Source: Octopus sinensis
Lineage: Eukaryota
DNA: 64,000 bases
Reading direction: 5' to 3'
NCBI RefSeq assembly: GCF_006345805.1
Contig: NC_043001.1
Span: 120,962,001-121,026,000 of the forward strand
The notes beneath the pieces were generated by a model that was given only the letters and a program-made list of their open reading frames with translations, was not told where the DNA came from and ran no database searches. The position numbers were made by a program, and so were the translations under genes. This document shows positions 1 to 10,934 of the stretch, piece by piece (within the stretch, counting starts at the first letter, position 1; every line of letters starts with the position of its first letter).

Positions 1-296
1 CTCCCATGACTTCAGGAAACATTTTTTCATGCTGAGAGTTGCTGAAGCATGGAACAGACTGCCGATATCAGTTGTTAGTTGTCGAAGCACTGCATCCTTT
101 AAAACTTTCATGCTTTCTGAGATTCGCCAACACTACACCGGATTTTTTTCCTCTCCATACACACACAAGCATGTATCTGACTCATACATTGTTCGCTTTC
201 CAGACATTTGTACATTACTGCATGTACTTTATATGCACTTTCTGACAAGTTGTGATGCACTTGAGCACTGTATACAATAATTTCATTATTATTATA
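1..296 (+). mobile_element. 3' end of a CR1/L2-type LINE (ORF2 C-terminus, 3' UTR, (ATT)n tail); cut by the window edge
   Basis: Frame reads HDFRKHFFMLRVAEAWNRLPISVVSCRSTASFK, matching the FF..RV...WN.LP..VV C-terminal motif of CR1/L2 ORF2. Ends in aataatttcattattatta. Confidence 0.7.
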
Positions 297-526
297 TATC
301 GACTTGCACAACCATTTCAAAATTGCTGGCATTGTGCCTATGATTTTCTCTGACGATATTACATATTTTTCTAGACACTCTTCCGAGTTATCTCCCCTAC
401 TCATTGCCACAATTGTTTTCCAATATTCCTCTGACGCTCTTATAAATAATTGTATCATTTTTTTACAACGCCATGCTTTAACAACTACAGCGATTTAACC
501 ACGCCATACATATATACATATATAAC

Positions 527-580
<54 letters not shown>

Positions 581-599
581 TATAAATACACATATAATA

Positions 600-1058
600 T
601 CATCATCATCATTTAACTTCCACTTTCCATGCTGGCATGGGTTGGACGATTTGACTGAGAACTGGCGAACCAGATGGTTGCACCAGGCTCCAATCTTGAT
701 CTGGCAGAGTTTCTACAGCTCGATGCCCTTCCTAATGCCAACCACTCCGAGGGTGTAGTGGGTGCTTTTACATGCCACTGGCACAGGAGCCAGTCAGGCA
801 GTACTGGCAACAACCTTGCTCGAATATTTTTTGAGCGAGGCCATTGTCAGTACCGCTTGACTGGCCCCTGTGCCGGTGGCAAGTAAAAGCACCCACTACA
901 CTCTCGGAGTGGTTGGCGTTAGGAAGGGCATCGAGCTGTAGAAACTCTGCTAGATCAAGATTGGAGCCTGGTGCAACCATCTGGTTCGCCAGTTCTCAGT
1001 CAAATAGTCCAACCCATGCCAGCATGGAAAGTGGAAGTTAAATGATGATGATGATGAT
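600..1058. mobile_element. Palindromic fold-back of two RTE-LINE 3' tails, with (GAT)n tails facing outward
   Basis: 600-~825 is the reverse complement of ~830-1058; mirror ORFs MVAPGSNLDLAEFLQLDALPNANHSE occur on both strands. The arms match the 3' ends of the RTE copies at ~13230-13390 and ~19920-20104. Confidence 0.85.
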
Positions 1059-1166
1059 ATATATATATATATTTATATGTATATATATACACATATAAAT
1101 ACCTATATATATACATATAAATGCATATATATATACATATAAATATATATATACATATATATATTT

Positions 1167-2886
1167 ATCCTGATATGGCCGATCTGGGCTGTATCAGTGA
1201 TGTCAACCCCCAACACACTATATCGGACATAACGTTTAGTGCCCCTGATGTCTTAGCGGCGATAAACGAAATAAAACACAATTCAGCAGTAGGCCCCGAT
1301 AGGTTCCCTGCTTGTGTCCTGAAGGTGTGTCGACACCAACTTGCATCTCCCCTTGCTAATCTGTGGAGAAACTCACTGGATGCTGGCTATATTCCAAAAA
1401 ACCTTCTGTCCCAGTCTGTTGTCCCAGTTTTCAAAAAGGGAAACAAGTCCCTTGCAGTGAACTACCGTCCGATCTCACTCACCTCTCATATCATCAAGGT
1501 ATTTGAGAGGGTGGTGAGATCTCGAATAACCCAATTTCTGGAAAGCAACAGATGGCTGATCTCCAACCAACATGGGTTCCGTAATGGAAGAGACTGCCTA
1601 ACGCAGCTCCTGCATCACTTTGATGACATTTTGAGAGCTTTGGGAGAGGGCTCCAACACCGATGTCATCTACCTTGATTTCAGTAAGGCCTTTGACAGGG
1701 TCGATCACAAGATCCTATTGAAAAAACTATCCAACATTGGTGTCTCTGGAAAGTTACTGAAATGGATCAAGTGTTTCCTGACAGACAGATCTCAACATGT
1801 TGTAGTTGAAGGGGTAAAATCAAGCCCAGCCAAAGTCAGTAGTGGCGTTCCGCAAGGCACTGTGCTGGGCCCACTTCTTTTCATCATTTACATTAATGAC
1901 ATTAATGACATCATCAAGCACAGCAACATAAAAATTTTTGCAGATGATTCCAAGCTACAGAAGGTCATAAATGAGGCGAGTGACCGGACATGCCTTCAGT
2001 CAGATCTACTGGCTGTTATCCAATGGGCAGAAAAAAACAATATGCTGCTGAACGAGGATAAATTTGAGTTAATCCACTTTGGAAAAGAGGATGCCCTGAA
2101 ACAAGTGAAACTCTTGCGGCGTCCAACAACATCAGAGACTTGGGAGTAATTGTGGACAACAACATAAGCTGGGCCACTCATATAAACACCAAAGTTGACA
2201 TGGCCCGCAGAATGTGTTCCTGGATTCTCAGAACTTTCCAGTCAAGAGATATCCACACCATTATCCTTCTCTTCTCCACTTTTGCCCAACCCCACCTTGA
2301 ATACTGTTGTCCACTGTGGTCTCCCCACACAATACAAGGTATCAAAAAAGTTGAAGCACCTCAAAGGGCAATCACAAAAAAGATACATGGCATGACAGGC
2401 CTCGACTATTGGGGTCGACTAGAAAGCTAAAACTTTATTCTCTCCAACGTCGTCGTGAGCGCTACATCATCTGCATGATGCGGAAAATATTCCATCAGCA
2501 TTGCCCAAATGATGTTGGCATCACCTTAAGGTACATCCAAGGCTTGGGCCCCGTGCCATCCGCCCAAAACAAAATCGCACTCTCATCTCATAACAACAAT
2601 ACGGCACAATTATTTCACCTCAATTGGCCCCGCTCTCTTTAACATTACACCAAAACACATTAAAACAGAAACTGACCCTATAGGGTTCAAGAAGTCTTTG
2701 CACAGATTCCTTCAAGAAATCCCGGATAAACCCCCTACACCCGGATATGTCTCTGTAAACAATAACTCTCTACTTGAGTGGGCCATAGTGCCCAAATTCT
2801 GACTTGAAAGACTTCACCAGGTGGTGCTATTAAGTTAGACATGGTCTGGGCCAATAATGGCCGAAACCTATCAAAGTATCAAAGTA
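1167..2886 (+). mobile_element. 5'-truncated CR1-clade LINE (RT domain, frameshifted)
   Basis: [33 protein letters not shown] and FADD motifs. A small deletion near 2100 relative to the sister copy at 13905-16342 shifts the frame. Ends in an 8-bp repeat tail (tatcaaag)x2. Confidence 0.92.
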
Positions 2887-2913
2887 TATACATACACATA
2901 TATATACATACAA

Positions 2914-2944
<31 letters not shown>

Positions 2945-3302
2945 CATACAAATATATACATACAATATATATATACATATATATAAATACATACAAATAT
3001 ATACATACAAATATATATATAATATATACATATATGTATACATACAAATATATATATATATATACATATATGTATACATACAAATATATATATATACATA
3101 TATATATATGCATACAAATATATATATTATATATATATGCATACAAATATATATATATATGCATAAATATATATATATCATATATATATATATATACATA
3201 CAAATATATATATGTATATGCATACAAATATATATATGTATATGCATACAAAATATATTATATATATATATATATATATATACATACAAATATATATATA
3301 TA

Positions 3303-3785
3303 TTAAAAATTTATGTATTGATTAAGTCTTTCCTTGTTTGGTTTTAAAATAGTGGTTTTGTCTCGAATTATGTTATATAATATTTTTCTATAAAATTGGA
3401 TTTAACCCTAAATCTGATTTTTCCCTGTAATTTTGGATTCATTCCCTAATATTTATTATTATTATATATATATATATATATGCATACAAATATATATATA
3501 TATATGCATACAAATATATATATATATATATATATACAATATATATATATATATACATACAAATATATACATACAAATATATATATATACATATATATAA
3601 ATACATACAAATATATACATACAAATATATATATATATATATACATATATGTATACATACAAATATAATATATATATATATACATATATGTATACATACA
3701 AATATATATATATACATATATATATATGCATACAAATATATATATATACATATATATGCATACAAATATATATATATATGCATAA

Positions 3786-3823
<38 letters not shown>

Positions 3824-4090
3824 CAAATATATATATGTATATGCATACAAATATATATATGTATATGCATACAAATATATATATTATATATATATATATA
3901 TATATACATACAATATATATATATATTAAAATTTTATGTATTGATTAAGTCTTTCCTTGTTTGGTTTTAAAATAGTGGTTTTGTCTCGAATTATGTTATA
4001 TAATATTTTTCTATAAAATTGGATTTAACCCTAAATCTGATTTTTCCCTGTAATTTTGGATTCATTCCCTAATATTTATTATTATTATAT
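3303..4090. repeat. Local tandem duplication: a ~160-bp unique spacer present twice (3303-3465, 3924-4090), period ~620 bp
   Basis: Near-identical copies of gtattgattaagtctttccttg...ggattcattccctaatatttattattatt. Confidence 0.9.
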
Positions 4091-4330
4091 ATATATATAT
4101 ATGCATACAAATATATATATATATATTGCATACAAATATATATATATATATATATATACAAATATATATATATATATATATAAAAAGCAATAAAGATTCA
4201 AGTTAATTTAAATGAATTTACTTGAATATGGTACCTAACTTAGATGCACCAAAAAAAAACTATACTGTTTTAACAATACAGTAATGTGGGGTGATTATAA
4301 GCGAGAAAGAAGCAACAAGAATGGATAGGT

Positions 4331-4421
4331 TTTTAGTACAATCGTTTCATACAAGGACAGACTTTATTAAAAGTTGCAAAAATTACAGCATATAAACGTG
4401 TCCCGTACTCATCAGCTAAAA
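4331..4421 (-). ncRNA. Candidate type-I hammerhead ribozyme (left arm)
   Basis: Reverse complement reads TTTTAG-CTGATGA-GTACGGGACA..TGTCCTTGTAT-GAAA-C-GATT-G-TA-CTAAAA. Confidence 0.7.
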
Positions 4422-4705
4422 TACATGTGAGTTCTCTAGACATCCTAGTGGTTGAGGCTATACTCATGAAGTAATGTAGATAATTAAGTAACATAAACAG
4501 ATTTCCAAAAATTCATATGTGCACTATGGATTAGGTCACCTTCTCTGTGATGCTATTAAAACTTTTTTAAAATTCTGTGATAAGACTGTACATCATCTTT
4601 AAAGAACTTTAATGAACTTTGGAAATCTGTTTATGTTACTTAATTATCTACATTACTTCATGAGTATAGCCTCAACCACTAGGATGTCTAGAGAACTCAC
4701 ATGTA

Positions 4706-4796
4706 TTTTAGCTGATGAGTACGGGACATGTTTATATGCTGTAATTTTTGCAACTTTTAATAAAGCCTGTCCTTGTATGAAACGATTGTACTAAAA
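4706..4796 (+). ncRNA. Candidate type-I hammerhead ribozyme (right arm)
   Basis: Stem I TTTTAG(4706-11)/CTAAAA(4791-96); core CTGATGA 4712-18 and GAAA 4779-82; stem II GTACGGGACA/TGTCC(T)TGTAT; minimal stem III AC-GATT-GT; GUA cleavage triplet 4788-90. Confidence 0.7.
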
Positions 4797-4944
4797 ACCT
4801 ATCCATTCTTGTTGCTTCTTTCTCGCGTATATATATATATATATATATATGCATACAAATATATATATATGCATACAAATTATATATGTATATGCATACA
4901 ATATATATATATATATACAAATATATATATGTATATGCATACAA

Positions 4945-4975
<31 letters not shown>

Positions 4976-5526
4976 TATACATACAAATATATATATGTAT
5001 ATGCATACAAATATATATATATATATCACATAAAAAATATATATATGTATATGCATACAAATATATATATGCATACAAATATATATATATATATATATAT
5101 ATGCATACAAATATATATATATTATATATACATACAAATATATATATGTATATGCATACAAAATATATTATATATATACATACAAATATATATATATGTA
5201 TATGCATACAAATATATATATATACACATACAAATATATATATGTATATGCATACAAATATATATATATATATATATATATACATACATACAAATATATA
5301 TATGTATATATATATACATATATATATGCATACATATATATATATATACAAATATATATATATGCATACAAATATATATATATATGCATACAAATATATA
5401 TATATATATGCATACAAATATATATATATATATGCATACAAATATAATATATGCATACAAATATATATATATATATATACAAATATATATATATGCATAC
5501 ATATATATATATATATGCATACAAAC

Positions 5527-5561
<35 letters not shown>

Positions 5562-5665
5562 CATATATATATGCAAATATATATATATACATATATGTAT
5601 ATATATATATACATATATATATGCAAATATATATATATATACATATATATATGCATACAAATATA

Positions 5666-7277
5666 CATTTGCGGCCAAAATGTTCAGAACGGCATTGTTT
5701 TCGTCAGAAAAGTAGGTATAAGTTTTTATCAAAGTTGTTTTATATTCTATAATTTTCACAGACATAAATACAATATTAATTGATATTGTCTAAGATTTTG
5801 GTGTAATTTGAGTGGATAATACAAAAGTTATGGATGATTTAGTGATTTACTGCAAAACCCATGGTGGCCAAAATGATCAGAACGGTTGAAAAAATAACAA
5901 AATAATCAAAAAGTGACAGAGAATGCTGGAATTATTTCATATTTAGTGTTAAGCCCTTTAGCTTCAATCAAAGTTTGACATTTTTGACTGCATGGGGAAA
6001 TTAAATGTTCAATTTCTTGCTGGGTGATCTTAGTCCATTCTTCCTGAAGGGCATTCCATAATTGCTCGGTTGTTTAAGGATTTCTGGCTTTCAAACATTC
6101 TCCTAGAATATTCCACACATTTTCAATAGGATTGAGGTCTGGGCTTTGAGCAGGCCAATCCATAACAATAACCTTTTCAGCCTTGAGGAAGTTCATGACC
6201 ACCTTAGCCTTGTGACATGGGGCATTGTCCTGCATGAATATGGGTGGTCGCTTAGTTGAATTTCTCAGCACAGGCAAGAAATGATCTTTTACAAGTTGTT
6301 TACAAACTCCTGCATTTACCTTTCCATGTAATCGCACCAAAGGGCCCACAACATCTCCAGATATTACCCCCCCAAACCATGACACTTCCTCCACCGAATT
6401 TAAGACTAGTCTTAAGGCATTTAGGTGACAATTTTTCACCTGCTTTTCGACGAACGTACCTTTTCCCATCTGAGCCAAATAACATAGACTTAGATTCATC
6501 ACTGAAATGCACCGTTTGCCATTTTTCTTGAAACCACAACACATGTTCGGTTGCAAAGGTAAGACAACATTTTTTATTCTTGGAGCTGATCAGTGACTTC
6601 ACTGCAGGTGCTCTTGCTTGTAGGTCATGTTCAACTAAAGGACGAAACAGTTTTTCGAGTACAATGCTCATTTCCTGAAAAACAGCAGCAGCAGTTTTAA
6701 ATCTGTCCTTTTTAACCAACTTTACCATAGCACGATCTTCTCTCTTGGTCGTTTTTCTCGGCCTACCTGTAGACTTTCTTGCTTTACACGAACCACAATT
6801 ATCGTAGACCTTAAGAATACCGTGAACAACACTTTTTGACTTGTTAACAATCTTTGCAATAGACCTAATACTTAAATTATCTTTCTTTCGAAGCTTAATA
6901 ATCTGCTGACAAATTGGTAACAGAGTTAGTGGCATTATATTAACAAAGTACACTGCAGATATTCTTACTAATGTTTAGTAAACGAACTGTCACATAAACA
7001 AATTCAAAACATTAGAGTTTGACGGTTAAATATACTAAAACACGGAGTAAAAGCAACCATTCTGATCATTTTGGCCACCATGGGTTTTGCAGTAAATCAC
7101 TAAATCATCCATAACTTTTTTATTATCCTCTCAAATTACACCAAAATCTCAGACAATAACAAATAATATCGTATTTATTGTCTGTGAAAATAATAGAATA
7201 TAAAACAACTTTGATAAAATCTTATACCTACTTTTCTGACGAAAACAATGCCGTTCTGAACATTTTGGCCGCAACTG
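5666..7277 (-). mobile_element. Full-length Tc1 (DD34E) DNA transposon with ~223-bp IR/DR-type TIRs and TA target duplication
   Basis: TIRs at 5666-5888 and 7054-7277, TA on both sides. Each TIR holds two ~20-bp direct repeats (ggccaaaatg(t/a)tcagaacgg). Confidence 0.95.
5938..6935 (-). pseudogene. Tc1 transposase, disrupted (+1 frameshift in a G run near 6370; premature stop 6074-6076)
   Basis: HTH with GRPRKTT; FSDES, QDNAPCH and SPDLNPIE motifs; 34 residues between the second D and the E. Confidence 0.92.
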
Positions 7278-7375
7278 TATATACATATATATATGCATAC
7301 AAATATATATATACATACAAATATATATATATATATATATATATGCATACAAATATATATATACATATATATATC

Positions 7376-9890
7376 AGTTTCGGATCACAACATAATAGAG
7401 CTGTCTATGTTTGGGCCGAAAGTAACCAGAGACATACAGCCTAAAGGAAGCACCCAAAATCTCTCCAATCTGAACTTCCACAAAGCAGATTGGAAATCGA
7501 TCCAAAAAGAGATCCTCAGAGAGGACTGGCCGGAATGTCTCTCCACACCAGACATTGACATGAAACTAGAATGTTTCATGTCTTCTGTGCAAGCCGTATG
7601 CCAGAAATATGTCCCAGAGCACAAGGCCAAAACGAATAGGAGCAAGATTCCAAGAGACAGGAAGATCCTCATGAGACGACGGACGAAGGTTGCAAATCAT
7701 CTCAACCAACATCCCAAAAGTAGCGAAACGTCCCACCTAAAAACAACACTGATGGAGATCGAAAAAAGGCTGCAACAATCCTATGTGAAGGAGAAAGCAG
7801 ACAAAGAAGCCTGGGTTATAAAAAACATTAAATCAAACCCAAAGGCCTTCTTTCATTATGCAAAAGAAACAGTCTCAGTGCACTACAAGATAGGACCCCT
7901 CCTCCAAAAGGATGGCGCCCTCACAGACAGTCCAACTATGATCAGTGAGATGCTGAATGACCAGTTCAAAAGTGTCTTTACCACCCCGTTGGAACACAGA
8001 CAAGTGAACGAACCAGTGGACTTCTTTGCCGCCTCACCTATAACCAGCGAGGCGGTTACAATAGAATGTATTGACATTAGCGAAAAAGATGTCCTACTAG
8101 CCATAGATGAAGTGGACACAAACTCAGCTGCTGGTCCAGATGGTTTCCCAGCCATCCTCCTCAAAGCGTGTAAGCATGCCCTGGCAAAACCCCTCAAGAT
8201 TCTCTTCCAGAGCTTTCTTGCGAATGGCAAACTGCCAAGCAAGCTGAAGGAGGGAATAATATGCCCAATTATGCTCCCCCCGGAACCGACTATGGTTTCC
8301 CGCGCAGGCTCCCCGCCGGGTCATCGAAGCGAACGCCGGCGGAGCGCCAGTCGGCATCGTTTACGGTCGGAACTACGACGGTATCTGATCGTCTTCAAAC
8401 CTCCGAAGGGGAAGTAGAGCAGATGCCAAAAACTATAGGCCTATCTCTCTGACTTCACACATCAGTAAAGTCATGGAAAGGATAGTCAGAAAGAAACTAA
8501 TTGCATTCCTTGAGGAAAATAACTTGCTGAGTAATACCCAGCATGGTTTTCAACCAGGTAGGAGCTGCCTGACCCAGCTCTTACAGCATTATGACTGGGT
8601 GTTAAGGCAGTTACTCAACAAATCAAATGTGGACGTAATCTACCTTGATTTTGCAAAAGCTTTTGACAAGGTGGATCATGGTATGATATGCCACAAACTA
8701 CGTGACCTCGGCATAGCTGGAAAACTTGGAGTGTGGTTGCATGACTTCCTGAAAGATAGGAGTCAGGCAGTAGTGGTTAAAGGAGCCACCTCTATGAACA
8801 CACAAATAGTGCGCGGTGTTCCACAGGGCACTGTCTTGGGACCACTGCTTTTTATAGTGGCCCTCTCAGATATGCCCTCAAATGCCCGGATAGCCACTCT
8901 GGCCAGCTATGCAGACGATACGAAAGTCTCGCAGAAAATACAGAACCCCAGCGATGTTGCACACCTGCAGCAGTAGTTGGACTCAATCTACAGATGGGCT
9001 GAGGATAATAATATGCAGTTTAATGCTGAAAAATTCCAAGCCCTGCGCTACCAGCATCCAAAACTGAATATTAAACTTACAGGATACACCGGTCCACAGA
9101 GAATTTCAATCCCAGAGCCTAAGTCTGTGAGGGACCTGGGTATCGACATGAGTAATGATACCTCTTTCCAAGTGCACATTACCAGGATGGCGACAAAGTG
9201 CAGACGACTGGCTGGGTGGATCCTAAGAACATTCAGAACCAGAGATAAGGAAACCATGATGGTCCTCTGGTGGACATTCGTCCTCAGTTGCCTGGATTAC
9301 TGCTCACAGCTATGGTCACCCACCAGTGTAAAATTAACAGCGGACCTTGAAGCAATCCAGAGAAGATTCACAAAGAAGATTGTCTCTTTGCAACAGCTCA
9401 GCTACTGGGGAAGGTTGAAACAGCTAAGACTCTACTCCCTGGAGAGAAGACGGGAGAGGTATGCAGTGATATATGTCTGGAAGATCCTGGAAGGAATTGT
9501 GCCGAATTTTGGCATTGTAAGCTACACCAATGCTAGAACGGGACGACACTGCATAGTGCCAAAGATCCCAGCAATGCCATCACGATTCAGGACCAGCTTC
9601 TGCAACAGCCTGAATTTCAAGGGCCCACAGCTTTTTAATATTCTCCCAAAGAGTCTGAGGAACTTGCACAAAGTAGATGTAGCGGTTTTTAAATCAAAGC
9701 TGGACATCTTCCTGTCGAGAGTCCCAGATGAACCTACCTCATGGCAAGAGGTGCAAATGAGAGTAGCTGTATCAATCTCCATTCTTCACCAAGTGCCACA
9801 TATTAGACGAAGTTCGTCGTAATAACAGTGTAGCACAAAATGGCGGTGCATCAGCATGGCCGCAGCTCTGAGCTGAAACTAGAAAAAAAT
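7376..9890 (+). mobile_element. 5'-truncated CR1-clade LINE (second family), decayed, interrupted by an rRNA fragment
   Basis: Starts at the endonuclease SDH motif. Contains [32 protein letters not shown] and YADD. 3' end tggcggtgcatcagcatggccgcagctctgagctgaaactag-An. Confidence 0.92.
8271..8406 (-). rRNA. 18S rRNA fragment (~136 bp, central domain), non-functional insertion
   Basis: Reverse complement TCGGAGGTTTGAAGACGATCAGATACCGTCGTAGTTCCGACCGTAAACGATGCCGACT...GGGAAACCATAGTCGGTTCCGGGGGGAGCAT carries conserved SSU rRNA motifs. GC/CpG-rich island inside the LINE ORF. Confidence 0.93.
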
Positions 9891-10169
9891 ATATATATAT
9901 ATAGATACATACAAATATATATATTCATACAAATATATATATACATATATACATACAAATATATATATACATATATATACAAATATATATATACATATAT
10001 ATACATACAAATATATATATACATATATATACATACATATATATAGATACAAATATCTATATCTATATATATATATACATATATATAGATACAAATATCT
10101 ATATCTATATACATATATATAGATACAAATATCTATATCTATATACATATATATAGATACAAATATCTA

Positions 10170-10211
<42 letters not shown>

Positions 10212-10322
10212 AAAATTAGGATAAAATCTTAATAAGAAATTATCAGGTAGTTAGCATGAAAAACCTCATAAGAGAAAAATCTGTAAATTTTTTCACTTGA
10301 AAATATTTATTTATATTATATA

Positions 10323-10728
10323 GAGGGCATTATTACACATAAATGCCACACGCTAGGAGGGACTTTTAAAGTCATAACTACCAAAAGTAAACGAATCGTA
10401 CCGAATGCAGCTCTCGAAGCAAGACATTTAAAAACAGAATTTAGTTCCAGATCACCTGTGATTTTGCAATTAACGTATTATCTACGTCTCTTGTTCTTCA
10501 GTGAAACGAATTCAAAATATATCATGAATGAACAAAACCAACATACCTAGCGGAACCAAACAGACAACCGTCGCCTCCATCGTAGCACATGAAAATGTTC
10601 ACTCCTCATATATTTATGTAAATGGTGGGCTTTTTCGAACTGCATTTCGGTACGATTCGTTTATTTTTGGTAGTTATGACTTTAAAAGTCCCTCCTAGCA
10701 TGTGGCATTTATGTGTAATAATGCCCTC
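10323..10728. mobile_element. MITE with ~95-bp TIRs and TA flanks (Tc1/mariner-type)
   Basis: ta|gagggcattattacac...gtgtaataatgccctc|ta; non-coding interior. Confidence 0.8.
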
Positions 10729-10811
<83 letters not shown>

Positions 10812-10934
10812 TATATATACATACAAATATATACATACATACAAATGTATATATATACATACATACAATATATATATATATGTATATACATACAAATATA
10901 TATATATATATATTATATATATACATATTTAGTC

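Larger units (their letters stand above)
4301..4826. mobile_element. Inverted-repeat element (~215-bp near-identical arms, ~97-bp spacer) with a hammerhead motif in each arm; probably Penelope-like pseudo-LTRs
   Basis: 4301-4515 is the reverse complement of ~4613-4826 with only a few mismatches. No ORF. Confidence 0.85.
2887..5665. repeat. Compound (TA)n microsatellite with a recurring ATGCATACAAAT motif, containing unique islands
   Basis: Seen directly. The same motif recurs at 7280-7375, ~9890-10200 and ~10730-10925. Confidence 0.95.

Noticed and set aside
108-458. 116-aa minus-strand ORF
   Set aside because: Half is antisense to a LINE 3' UTR; no recognisable motif.
4298-4829. Reading 4301-4826 as an ordinary Stowaway/Tc1-type MITE
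   Set aside because: The TA flanks are explained by the surrounding microsatellite, the terminal bases differ, and the arms contain full hammerhead layouts typical of retroelement repeats.
2830-5783. Many long ORFs (MYIYIY..., MHTNIY...), also near 9850-10950, 13400-13930, 22700-22990 and 36200-36500
   Set aside because: They are translations of (TA)n/(CA)n microsatellites, which lack stop codons.
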